DNA of 64,000 bases from IMG/VR virus record IMGVR_UViG_3300048629_000034, positions 32,001-96,000 of that record; one strand, 5' to 3'. Position 1 is the first letter of the stretch; each line of letters starts with the position of its first letter. This stretch comes from a virus. Lineage: Duplodnaviria; Caudoviricetes. The notes under the pieces were generated by a model, which saw nothing but the letters and a program-made list of their open reading frames with translations, was not told the origin of the DNA and ran no database searches. The position numbers and the translations under genes are program-made. Shown here one piece after another: positions 28,218 to 39,272 of the stretch.

Positions 28218-31200
28218 AAAGACAATTGTTAGTTAAAGTTACGCAAGAAATATATGATGTTAGAAATAGAATAACTAAAGAGCTTAAATCTCTACCTAAT
28301 GGGCAAAAGATGAGAAAATCATACATAGATACATTAGCAATGATGATGTCAGAAGTTGTATGTTTAGATGACTCTCTTGTGGATATGCATAATACATTCG
28401 AAAGTGACAAAGTTATTGCATTTGATGTTGATGAAGAGATTATTGATAAAGCAAAATCAATAAAAGACTACGAAGGAATTAGCATATCAACTCAATACTC
28501 ATTAGGAATAGTGGAATTAAATAAATTAGATATGGATAGAATTATAGACATTATATATTCAACTATAATTAAAAAAGAAGAAGTTGAAGTGTGTGCAAAC
28601 ACTACATCTAATGATGAAAACGATCAAGTATATATTGGTTCTACTAATTTAATAATAATATCAGATATGAAAGAAGCAACTAAACTTGTAGCAAGTTCGG
28701 ACTATATTATTCATGGAGTATATATAGAGACATGATTGTATTACAGAACCAACAATTAGAACAACAACAAATAAGGACCAAAGAATGACGCTAAACAAAT
28801 TCATGAAGATAAACATGGAGACACTAGAAGAGATATACTCTCTGAAACAACCATATAACCAGTTACCATTTAAACAATGGTGCGAAAATATATTTAACTA
28901 TCCATCGGAAAAAGCTAAATCTTTCGCTGAAACAAATTTCAATATAGCATGGGGGGATAAGTAATGTCAGTATTTAATTCACCACCATCTGCACCATTTC
29001 TTATAAATTTAATTGAGATATATTCTAATGAACAAAAAGAATATGCAATTCACTCAGAACCATACATAGTTTATACTAGAGTAATTAACGATCTATCTAT
29101 GATACTAAATGAAATATACAAGGATGTAGGTGGATATGATGTGGAGGCAGTAATATGCGACAAGTAGTATTAGAATTTAACTCTGGAATCTTGACAGAAT
29201 ATTTTGCAAATACTGTAAGATTTCATGGTGAAATATCATCTGAATATTACAACAAATTAATTGATAGACTCGCTAATCTTGGCTATGATATAATCGAAAG
29301 ACATGTGTAGAAAAAGGAAATATGAATGGTAACAATGCATGACAAGGACAGCTTTGAATACAAACTTATGCTTGCAAGAAAAAGAAGAATGGCAGTTAGT
29401 AATTATTTATTAAGTGAAGATTTAGATGAATATGGCGAATACTCACACAAGAACTTAACTCGTCTTATTGAAAAAATAGACGCAGAGATAAAATATCTAA
29501 AGCCTATATGTATAGAAAGATATAGAAACAAAGTATAAGCTTAGTATTATTTATGTATTATATTGAAAAATAAACAATAAAAAGATAAATAATGAATAGA
29601 GAATTAAAAGATCAAAGAACATATAAGATACTCATATTTAAGAAATTAATAGAGGATTTTATATCCCTAATTGATCCAGAAACCAAACACAAACTATATA
29701 TAGAGTACACTAATGGTATTGATGAAAAAAACACAAACAATTTGTATGCACTGTCAAAGAAAATGAATTACCAAAACTGGTCTGAATATATACTATACTC
29801 AACCATGCTAGGTAGGATTTTAAATACAGAATTAACTCAATATCTACCTAAAGTTCTAACATTCGAGGAGATAGCACTACTCTGCAAGACTGGAACAAAG
29901 CAACGTGCAGAACAGTTAACAAAAGGTGCCATAGCGAAGATTAAACATAGTAAAAATTTTGACATATTATCGAATTTTAAATTGAGCTTTGAAACAAGGT
30001 ACAATTGTGAACAGATAAAAGACGTTGATGGCGAACATTAACTAGTAGCGGGCGCAGTGGATATTACCCGACTATTAAACGTAATTTGTTTATTTTATTT
30101 TTCCAAAATATAGTAGATATGCGACAATTAATATCGACTACATTACAATTCTAATAGGCATTACAATTGTAAAACTCTCATGAACCAACAAAAAACTATA
30201 ATAAGCAGTGTCTTTAGCTATTCAATACTTATTGTAGTTCTATTTTGGTTCATATTTTAAATACTCCATATAGACATGCACTCAATATCATACAAACATA
30301 TAAAGGGGTGCCTTGTACTAAAATTGCTCCCTGATTTACTATCATAGAAATGCGCACTCTGATACGAGTGTATGTCTATATGGATCACTACAAATAACAA
30401 AGGAAATAAAAATGTCAATATCATTAGCTAAACTTAGCAAATATGTAGGAGAAAATTCTAATTATTTTGCATCTATGAAAACAACATCAATTGAAAAGTT
30501 TAATTGGATCTTCTCGTTCGATACTAAGAACCAAATCACCTCAATAAACATGGCTAGAGACTTCCAGGAAGAAACTTTTAGAATGATATATGAACATTAT
30601 AATTCGTTCTCTAAAGACACACACTATGGAACATGGTTAGGAAAGTGTGGTATATACTCAAATAATCTAGATCAACAGGCAAGAAATAGAATAATTTCAA
30701 TATCAAGAGGGGAAGCATTATCTATGTTTGGACATAGGTGGAATTTTACGAAAAGCTGTTTAGAAGAAAGAAAACATATAGAAGCGAAAATAGATAATAT
30801 TAGAAATAATATTTCAGTAGAAGGAACCAATATATCATTCAACATAAAGGAGTCGGATCAGAAACTAATTCTTTATGTATTATCCAATGCGATGGATGAA
30901 TTGTCAATAGATATACAAAAGGGAGAAAACAAATGACAGATAGAGAATTAGCGTTCAAATGTAATTTAGATGGAAACTACTTTACTATAATGAAATATAG
31001 CAATATAAATAAGTATAATTATTTTACAAACAGAGATAAAAATAAATACAACTCTGTGATTAAAGCATCAGAGCGAATTGAAATAATGTATCTAGCTGCA
31101 GAAAAACTATATTATATGTTCGATTCTGAATATAAATTATCAAAATGGATGCAAAAACACAATATAACTAACGGTTTCAATCATCAATCTGGAAACAGTT

Positions 31201-31313
31201 TAGGGTTAAGCATATTTAGAGTAAAGGATGATGGTTACTTTTCTACAAAATATCCGTTTATTATGAAGCTTGAGAAGATATATAAAGCAATGGAAAGTGA
31301 AAATATGCTATAA
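28214..31313 (+). other. Cluster of hypothetical ORFs (28214-28735, 28964-29167, 29326-29538, 29592-30041 sigma-region-4-like HTH, 30412-30936, 30933-31313)
   Basis: Co-oriented ORFs; 29592 has LTFEEIA...TKQRAEQL...AIAKIK; 30412 and 30933 share a similar N-terminus (NYFxxMK). Confidence 0.55.
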
Positions 31314-31336
31314 TAAAGCAATTATACGCACACAAA

Positions 31337-31610
31337 GTATTCATATTATCAAGCTTATCGGTTTATCGAAAAAGTACGGCGTAGCATCTCCGTTAAGATG
31401 CTAAAATAATTAAAATTATGATTTTTACGAATGGTAAAAACAAAATAATTAAAGTTCAACTTTTAAAGAATAAAGTTCAATGTTTAATGATCATAAGTTT
31501 ATAATTTTAAAGAATAAAGTTTAACCTCTGTATAAATCTGGAATAAATAGCATAAGGAATTACTTTTCCTAGATAAAGCTACCAGCAGATAAGTTTGATA
31601 ATGTGAATAC
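31337..31610 (+). ncRNA. Candidate structured RNA: 23-bp closing stem around a 7-nt periodic A-rich loop
   Basis: 31337-31359 pairs with 31588-31610 with two G-U wobbles; internal AGCATCT/AGATGCT hairpin; repeated TAAAGTT-like units at about 31449-31525. Confidence 0.6.
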
Positions 31611-31636
31611 ATAACTACAAATTAAAAGGAATTAAA

Positions 31637-32248
31637 ATGGAAAAAATAAGTTTAACGAGATTACTAGCAAAAATTAAAATGTATAATAAACGATTAGCTA
31701 AGGTACAATTTTCTCCAGCTTTGCTGGCTAAAGGAAATAAAGAATTAGTAGAATTATCAAAAGAAAATGAGACATGTTTAGATGAATTGACTTCATACAC
31801 CTCTATTTATGATAACACCAACAATTTAAAAATTGTATTGAATGATGCAAATAATACAACTAAATTTGATGCAGGTCCACTTGGAAAAATTAGTATTGCA
31901 CAAGCGATTATTATTAAAAATAATGTTGATAAATTAGTAATTATTAATAACCAATTAAAAGGTGAGTTAGCAACAGCTCAATATCACAGGGACGAACATA
32001 ATGAGAATTTAAATGCTAAAATTGAAAGATTAATGTCTTCGAAAGCATCATCTGGATCAAATGATAAAAAGTTTATTTCAGAAATTACTAATAGTTTAAA
32101 TAGTATTGAAAAAGCTGCTATTGTAAATGAAGACAAAATTAAAGAAAAAATTGAAGAATTACAAAAAGATATTGATTTTATTAAGGATGAACTAGATATG
32201 TATTTATCTGAAGTTAATGCAAGTACTTTTGTTGAAGTTGAATCATGA
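31637..32248 (+). CDS. Long coiled-coil protein
   Basis: MEKISLTRLLAKIK...ISIAQAI...LSEVNASTFVEV; helical hairpin pattern; directly after the candidate RNA. Confidence 0.7.
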   Translation: MEKISLTRLLAKIKMYNKRLAKVQFSPALLAKGNKELVELSKENETCLDELTSYTSIYDNTNNLKIVLNDANNTTKFDAGPLGKISIAQAIIIKNNVDKLVIINNQLKGELATAQYHRDEHNENLNAKIERLMSSKASSGSNDKKFISEITNSLNSIEKAAIVNEDKIKEKIEELQKDIDFIKDELDMYLSEVNASTFVEVES

Positions 32249-33463
32249 AAATAAAACAAACGAAATCGGACAATTATAAGTTAATATTAAGTAAACGTGA
32301 GTTATTATTATTACAAGAAATCTTAAATAACAGTGATGTAACATTAGATGAAGGTTTTGATTTATGCATCATAAATAATGAATTATGCCCAAACGAAAAA
32401 TATGAAAATGTTATGTTAGCAGAGGAAAAATCTACACGAATGTGGAAACAAATTAAAAATATAACAAGCATATAAATAAAAATGCTGCCCTGATATTCTC
32501 TAGGGTAGAATTGTTTCGAATGTGAATATTCGATGGACAATACCTGAGGCTGATGAAGTATAGGGACAGCCCATGACACGAGGTGAATCGATGAAACTGT
32601 GTCGTACTAGAGTTGCATATGACAGTATTTTAATACTAAGTCAGAGTGATGACTGTGTTATATGTTCTAGTAACTTAAATAAAAAGGATTATGTATGAGA
32701 AGTAATGAATGGCCATCGTGCGATGAATTAAACGGTGTTGGTGGGATTTAATATTAATTAAGGATATTATTGATTCAATTATAGGAGCAATGTATTGTAA
32801 TTGGATCTGTAGTATTCTTAATTAATATTAAAAGGGCAATAAATGAATCAAGTAAAATTAGAACATTTATCATCGAAAAATGATAATCAATATTTCTGGA
32901 TGATTTCAAATGAAAATCTTCAGACAAAAGTGATGCAATATCATAATAATGAATACACACCAAATGCTTATTTTGGTGACAATCAGTTATGGTGTCATGA
33001 AGATAATAATCAAGCGATGGATAAATATGATATTTTTGGACCATTATTACCACCAGAAAGAATGATTGAAAATTCTAAAAAAGAAAGGAAAATAAATGAG
33101 TAATAATTTTAATATTATATTTACTAGTATCGTGATGCCTACAGTGTTTATAGTGCTTGTGTTTACTAGTGAAACATCAGACTCTGATGATACGTTCTTA
33201 ATATGTTCAACTTTATGGGCTGTCACAGGGGTTATTATGGGGTTCATCGATAGAAATTTTGTAAAATGATAAAAAATGAAAAATTCAAATTAACATTATT
33301 CATAATATACACAATATTATACGAATGTTTGATTTGGGGTCTTGTTGCAAGCTCAATTTATTACTTGGAATGGAGCGAATGGACTGTTGTCATTGGAATA
33401 TTAATGTCAGGAGTCCAATTAGACCCATCTTATTTCGGACTTGATTATGAAATAAAGGAATAA
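32245..33463 (+). other. Small hypothetical ORFs (32245-32475, 32843-33103, 33266-33463) and intervening DNA
   Basis: Short co-oriented ORFs, some hydrophobic. Confidence 0.45.
32485..32673 (+). ncRNA. Candidate multi-hairpin RNA
   Basis: GC-enriched intergenic tract with consecutive stems CTGCCCT/AGGGTAG, TCGAAT/ATTCGA, GGCTG/CAGCC, GACAC/GTGTC, TACTAGA/TCTAGTA. Confidence 0.4.
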
Positions 33464-33539
33464 TGTGGTACAATTAATTAACATTTTAGATATTTACATA
33501 ATTGGATTTTTATTTACTTTACTGTTTTTAGAAATAATT

Positions 33540-34300
33540 GTTGCCTGATATTTGTGCGTCACTCTGACCTAAACTGGAGACTAATCCACTGAAGTCTTTA
33601 AAGTCGCTGAGGTAACCAATCCGTCATCCTATGGCTCATCCATATTAAAATTTTTGAAGTAGTGGGCGACTTCAAGCGAGCTACTACCATAAGCAGTGTA
33701 ACAAACAGTTAGTCTCTACTAGAACGTATTGTACGGTCTATGTAAGCTAACCTTTTTATACATCTATAATTTGTGTGATCAAATAGCTCAATGGATAGAG
33801 CGCTCATAGTTCGCTTGCAAGCATTATGAGAGATTAGAGTTCGACTCTCGTTTGATCAACTAAAAGACAGGAGCCAGCAATGTAAGTATCAGTTTGATAT
33901 GAATCACTGGAAACCCTACACTAGGGGAGATAGTCTTTAAAAATAAAATACAGTGAGTTAGTTACGGGATAAGCTCCGTACACGGTTGGATATTTTATAC
34001 CAAGAATAGAAATATTGCTATTAGTGAATTAGTAGTAAGTGTACATGTTGAAAGTTACACAATTCGCTAGACAGGTTACGCTTACCTGCCGACACCGACC
34101 CGTTGGTTTATATAAGACGACGGTCTATAAAAGAACCTTATTATTGTGTATTAGATTGATGCACGCGCAACTAATTGTGTGAATTTTAGAGGGAGAAGTC
34201 TAGCGAGACTTAACACCAAAGAGTATCCTTGAGATCAATAAAAAAGCTAGTAGAGTCTAATCAACTTTATGTATTCGGTCTCCTTTTGTCGGAGGCCAGT
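33540..34300 (+). ncRNA. Large ORF-free structured RNA region
   Basis: About 760 nt without ORFs, higher GC; nested pairings GAGACTAA/TTAGTCTC, CACTG/CAGTG, AAGTCGCT/GGCGACTT and many local hairpins. Confidence 0.5.
33777..33858 (+). tRNA. tRNA-like element with elongated anticodon arm (no assignable anticodon)
   Basis: Acceptor GATCAAA/TTTGATC, D arm GCTC-AATGGATA-GAGC, TTCGA loop with weak T stem, no CCA; preceded by TATAAT. Confidence 0.5.
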
Positions 34301-34302
34301 AT

Positions 34303-34378
34303 AAACAGTATAGCGTAATGGTTGGCGTGCTGAGTTTGTCTCAGAGTTTATTGGTTCAAATCCAATTACTGTTTACCA
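34303..34378 (+). tRNA. Atypical tRNA, possibly Gln(TTG)-derived
   Basis: Acceptor AACAGTA/TACTGTT, T arm ATTGG-TTCAAAT-CCAAT, CCA; anticodon arm CTGAG-TTTGT-CTCAG has a 5-nt loop. Confidence 0.55.
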
Positions 34379-34384
34379 CTTTAA

Positions 34385-34458
34385 GCTTGTTTCGATTAAT
34401 GGTAAATCAGCAGTCTGGTAGTTTGCAGCCGAGGGATCGATACCCTCAACAAGCCCCA
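34385..34458 (+). tRNA. Atypical tRNA with GGT (Thr) anticodon
   Basis: Acceptor GCTTGTT/AACAAGC, C discriminator then CCA; D arm GATT/AATC; loop CT-GGT-AG; T loop ATCGATA. Confidence 0.6.
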
Positions 34459-34623
34459 CATTAAAAATAAACACTGATGAAAGTTTATCGCGTACGACTA
34501 GATGCAAATCAGTCCTTTGTGCTACGATCAGAGACGGACATATTAATTTAAAGTAACTATTAGCAATGAAATAATTGTTACTTTTTATTAAACTTCAAAT
34601 ACAACAAATCAACATACAATCAC

Positions 34624-36050
34624 ATGAAAACAAAGGCAGACTCAATGAAATTAAATGTAATCAAAATATATTCTGATGGAGATTTCAAAGTACCAAACTC
34701 TATTACAATAGGATACGACTCATACATAGTTACTACGAATGTAGAAGAAACATTATCTCAATTATTAATTGAAACAACACAATCCATTGATCCAACAAAC
34801 TACAGAACAGAGTATCTACCTGATTTAATAGCTTATTTCTTTAAATTAACAGGACCGATGTCTTCAGGAGTGGCATTGTCTGGAAATCACAGTATAGAAT
34901 CAAAAGAAGTAGAAGTTAAATCGCATCAAGAAATTACAGACGCAATTAAATTAGTAAGTCAATTCATATAACAATCACAACATCAATTAATATATGCAAG
35001 TCTATATGTAATTAGACTTATCCCTCTGAGAACCATATAGACTTACATATATTAATTAAACACATAATCAAAAGGAAGAAGGAGAACAAAATGTACGCAA
35101 TATTACATGCAGGAAAGAAAATTAAACATAATCAAAAGGAGATACACGAAATATTTCTATCTATCTTGAGTGGAGAAAATATCGAAGAAGAAGAGGCAAA
35201 TAAAAATATAGCATTAGGTGATGAATTGGAACTAACCTTACTTGTGAATGAATTTTTCGAGACGAAAGAAGATGCAAAAAAATATCTTGATGAGTTTGGG
35301 AAAGATCTATCAATTAGAGCTACCTTAAAAGAATTGTCTGTAAATGGAACACCAACAATTAATCAATTGAACAAATTAAATATTGATGATAATGATACGA
35401 TAGGCGGGCTAGCTGCTTTCATTATTGAAGTACCATTTATTGCATCATACACAACAACACTAGAAGAATTGAAGAACCACATAAACTAAAAGGAGTAAAA
35501 GATGAAAGATAAAATATGCAGAGATAAGCCATTAGATTTTGATTGTACACAAAAATTAGAAAATATTACAAAGGGAATGCATCTACAATCAATAGCAAAC
35601 ATAACAAGTGTTGTATGTTTAGTTATCGACTGTAGAGGCGAATATAATATAGGTGCAGTATTGAACCACTTAACAACAGTTATGGGAAAAAAAATAAACT
35701 ATTATTTTAATGCATCTGAAATAATAGCATCAGAAGTAATAGGGATATATGCTCATGGTTTATTTCCAAGAGGGGATGATGATATGAATAAAATATCAGG
35801 AATAGAATATTTACACAAATATGCATATACACATAATCCAGTGTCAATACAAAACAAGCATGTAGAAAAAACACTATTATCTCTAAAAAAAGAACAACTT
35901 CATGCACTTGGTCTCACGAAAGAAGCCTTTGCTAAAAACATAAAAACTATAGATGGTACTCACAGGGAGTATTATAAAGGATACTCTGATGCAATGAAAA
36001 AAACATTTTCAAGTCTAGAACTAGCGCTTATTCAGGGAAAGCATCGATAA
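34624..36050 (+). other. Three hypothetical ORFs (34624-34971, 35091-35489, 35502-36050)
   Basis: Co-oriented ORFs with RBS; no recognised motif. Confidence 0.55.
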
Positions 36051-36060
36051 AGGAAAAAGC

Positions 36061-36828
36061 ATGAGAATTAAACAATTAGGGAATGGTGGAGGTTTAAATC
36101 CTCAACTGACAAACAGTAGCTTCTTAATAGAATATACATCAAATCAGTTTTTATTGTTTGATTGCGGATTCAATATTATGGATCGATTAATAAAATTAGA
36201 AGAAGACTCAGTTAAACACGATGCATCATTCAGAATATCTAAAATAGATATAGTTTTTGTTAGTCATACAGATGATGATCATATAGGTAACTTACAAACA
36301 TTGATCTACTGGAATTATTTTAAGAACCAAAAGAAGATGGAAATCATTTCACACAATGAAGTATTTGATATTATTGATAAAATGAATACTATTAAAACAG
36401 CAGGTATTGTTGAAGATTTTAAATACTTCATTAAAATAGATATTTCAAACAGAAAAGAAGTGTATTATAATCTTGTTTCTGACTCTATGCTTAAATTGAC
36501 GTTCATTAAGGCATACCACGGATCTAGAAAATGTTATGGATTACTTGCAATCAAAAGCAACAAAGCAATATATATATCAGGAGATACTGTAGCGCATCCT
36601 TCAATAGAGAATACAGTAACAAAAGAAATTAAGTTACAACAAAACATTTCCGGATCAAATCTAAACTCAATTATGTTTCATGATTATAGCCACTGGGATT
36701 GTCCAAGTAAAAATGTTCATGCTTGTAAAACAAACTTCGAGGAAGAATACAGTAAAGAATTTAGAGATAAATTAATCAAGTATCATACAGGTGAGGATGA
36801 CTTCAATAAAGACTGGAGAATACTATAA
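36061..36828 (+). CDS. MBL-fold metallo-phosphodiesterase (Apyc1/RNase Z-like)
   Basis: LGNGG, NSSFLI, LFDCG, SHTDDDHIG, HG, SGDT, FHD, VHA, terminal YH. Confidence 0.75.
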   Translation: MRIKQLGNGGGLNPQLTNSSFLIEYTSNQFLLFDCGFNIMDRLIKLEEDSVKHDASFRISKIDIVFVSHTDDDHIGNLQTLIYWNYFKNQKKMEIISHNEVFDIIDKMNTIKTAGIVEDFKYFIKIDISNRKEVYYNLVSDSMLKLTFIKAYHGSRKCYGLLAIKSNKAIYISGDTVAHPSIENTVTKEIKLQQNISGSNLNSIMFHDYSHWDCPSKNVHACKTNFEEEYSKEFRDKLIKYHTGEDDFNKDWRIL

Positions 36829-37103
36829 TGCCAAGACAAGCTCAATCACTAAAACGTGCTACAACTAAGTTTGTAGCTAGAACAGCAACAACTAGAACAA
36901 TTAATCATTTATTTGGATCTAGTCTTATTGGTTCTATAGCCAAAACGATAGCTAATCACTTAATTAAGTCAGCAGATCAGAAAATATCTCAATCGTAAAA
37001 CATTTGACCGCAATGTCATAAAACTACAATAGTTCAATTGAGATATTGGTGACCATAGTATTTGGTTTAACAACACAAACAAAAAAAAGAGGAAACAAAC
37101 AAA

Positions 37104-37598
37104 ATGGAAAAAACATTCACAGCACAAGAGGTGCAAGCTATAGCTACACAAGCAGTTGAAAATCACGTATCAAACGGAGGAAACGGTATCGTTTCTAAAG
37201 CATTAGATGGTGTAACAGCAACAGGAAGAGCAATCGCAGAGGAAACTCAAGCAAACGCTAAAAGAGAAGCTGGTAGAAGACTATACGATAACATTGAGGA
37301 GTTAATTAACAGCTATATTCTATCTAAAATGAATTTCATGCAAAGATGGTTAACTTCGGATAAAACTAAAAGAATGGCAGTATTAGTTGGTACATATACA
37401 GTTATTCACGCTATTAAATCTGGTGGTTTCGGATTAACTAATTATAGAATAAATCACGCTATGTTAGATTTATTATCATCTGAATGTAATGCAAGAATCA
37501 TGTCATCTGTACTAGGTGGATTTGACACAAATATTGCTAAAGCATTATTTACTAAACCTGAAGTTACTGAAGTAGTTTCAGAAGTAGCAGGAGCATAA
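37104..37598 (+). CDS. Hypothetical protein, first gene of the E1/JAB locus
   Basis: 164 aa; its stop is 2 nt before the peptide gene start. Confidence 0.65.
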   Translation: MEKTFTAQEVQAIATQAVENHVSNGGNGIVSKALDGVTATGRAIAEETQANAKREAGRRLYDNIEELINSYILSKMNFMQRWLTSDKTKRMAVLVGTYTVIHAIKSGGFGLTNYRINHAMLDLLSSECNARIMSSVLGGFDTNIAKALFTKPEVTEVVSEVAGA

Positions 37599-37600
37599 TT

Positions 37601-37735
37601 ATGGCAGCACAATCAGTATCAGATGCTGTAGCTGCTGCATTAGCGGCTGCAGGTACAACAACTACATCAGGAACTACTCCTACAGTGACAACTACGGACT
37701 CAGAAACTCTATCTGTATCTAGTAAAGGTCAATAA
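37601..37735 (+). CDS. 44-aa low-complexity peptide ending SSKGQ (candidate modifier)
   Basis: MAAQSVSDAVAAALAAAGTTTTSGTTPTVTTTDSETLSVSSKGQ; AGGAG RBS; A/T-ending codons like the highly expressed genes; below the ORF-track cutoff. Confidence 0.7.
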   Translation: MAAQSVSDAVAAALAAAGTTTTSGTTPTVTTTDSETLSVSSKGQ

Positions 37736-37820
37736 ACTAAATCATAGTATTTAGATAGATGGTTCTTAATATTCTGTTATTAGAACCATCTAGTGTGTAT
37801 ACTATACAAAGGAACCGATC

Positions 37821-38237
37821 ATGACAATAAACAAAGATTATATTTTAGACCTGCTTAATAATCCAGATAATGGAAACAGAGAGTACCAACTCATAGTATT
37901 CATTCTAAAAAGTGCTGACGAACTAGATAAACTTTATTCTAAACTATTTAGCTGTGTAAAAAGTTACGAAAGGCACAGAGCGGCAGACGTAGTATCATTC
38001 AAAAACTCATTAAAACAACATGCAAAAAATAAAGAAGACTTCTGCTTGTTTATAAGGTTAACTTCGAACAACACTAAATTAGGCTCAATATCTCATAGTG
38101 ACTTCGATTATTTCAATAATCTCTGTGACAAAATTGATGGATATGTATATTATCAGGACTTAAAAACATTAATAATAAGAGACATACCTCGACTTCTACA
38201 TGAACCAAATGCATTCATACTACATGATACTAACTAA
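37821..38237 (+). CDS. LHDTN-tail family protein 1
   Basis: Ends AFILHDTN-stop. Confidence 0.75.
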   Translation: MTINKDYILDLLNNPDNGNREYQLIVFILKSADELDKLYSKLFSCVKSYERHRAADVVSFKNSLKQHAKNKEDFCLFIRLTSNNTKLGSISHSDFDYFNNLCDKIDGYVYYQDLKTLIIRDIPRLLHEPNAFILHDTN

Positions 38238-38267
38238 CAAAACAATCTCAATAAAAAGGATAAACAA

Positions 38268-39272
38268 ATGACACAAGAAAACATAAACTTTAGCAAAAAC
38301 TATTTAGCAGAACAAATCAAATCACGATATGCTATGTTTCCACGAATTAGAGATGGTAAGTCTAATCTAATTATAGACTCTATAGCTCCACATTGGATAT
38401 ACAATAAATTAAAACAAGAGCATCTAGATGATAATGGTAGAGCAACTATAGGCGATAAAAAACCTAAAACAGCATATGCTATATCAGCATACTTTGCAGA
38501 TATCTTTAGAGTACCTAAAGTGCCACTAGCTGATCTACTTGACATACTTGGATATAAACCAAAAGAAATAAATTCTCTTCTATACAAAGTTGCAAAGAAG
38601 AAACATGATATTTGTTTAGTTGGATATGGTGGATCTGGACAAAACTTCACTTACTGGCTAACTGAAATGGCTGGATTACTTGGTAAACAGAATTTATTTG
38701 AATCATTAACTATATATGAGAAAGAACATGTTGAGTATTCAAACATCCTTAGATTTCCAAAAAATGTATTAAATCACAAAAATGGAACTACTCACAAACT
38801 TCATACAATGACAAATGAAGGAATATTGGCTAGAGCAACAAATTTAATTCCAGATTATATAGACCAAGAAGGCGTAGACAAATTATTAGAGGATAAACCA
38901 AACACTATATTCTATGGTGGTGGATCTATACCTACTATGGAAATGTTGTCTAACTACAATTTTGTATCTGCAACTCATGGAAACAATGACTGTACTTTAA
39001 TTGTTAAGCCAGTACAGGACAGTAGAATTCAAATCGAATCTTATGGAGTAATTATGCTATCTTCATTCTTTATGAACCAACTTAGAATGACTATAGGTTT
39101 TCTTGAGTTCTTGGCTCAGGATGATATTGATTGGACTCAAAGAGTATATCTTGACTATAACTTTACTACAGCAGAAACTAGAAGAGATAAGCACAAATAT
39201 AACTGGCAACTAGAACATAGTCAAACAATTGGACTAGAAGAAAATGACGAAGGAGACACTAATGTTAACTAA
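38268..39272 (+). CDS. Divergent ThiF/E1-like adenylating enzyme
   Basis: ICLVGYGGSG nucleotide loop, LTIYEKEHVEYSNILRF (equivalent to DxDxVExSNLxRQ), downstream Lys. Confidence 0.75.
   Translation: MTQENINFSKNYLAEQIKSRYAMFPRIRDGKSNLIIDSIAPHWIYNKLKQEHLDDNGRATIGDKKPKTAYAISAYFADIFRVPKVPLADLLDILGYKPKEINSLLYKVAKKKHDICLVGYGGSGQNFTYWLTEMAGLLGKQNLFESLTIYEKEHVEYSNILRFPKNVLNHKNGTTHKLHTMTNEGILARATNLIPDYIDQEGVDKLLEDKPNTIFYGGGSIPTMEMLSNYNFVSATHGNNDCTLIVKPVQDSRIQIESYGVIMLSSFFMNQLRMTIGFLEFLAQDDIDWTQRVYLDYNFTTAETRRDKHKYNWQLEHSQTIGLEENDEGDTNVN

Noticed and set aside
31449-31525. CRISPR array (also considered for 20842-20957)
   Set aside because: Units are short and degenerate with no constant repeat and unique spacer structure; no cas operon.
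32550-32630. Hammerhead ribozyme (CTGATGA...GAAAC...GTA)
   Set aside because: Stems I and II cannot be formed; the CTGATGA at about 34474 also lacks the required helices.
34150-34265. RNase P RNA or group I intron fragment
   Set aside because: GAGGGAGAAGTC only loosely resembles the RNase P core, the P4 partner is not canonical and the element is too short.
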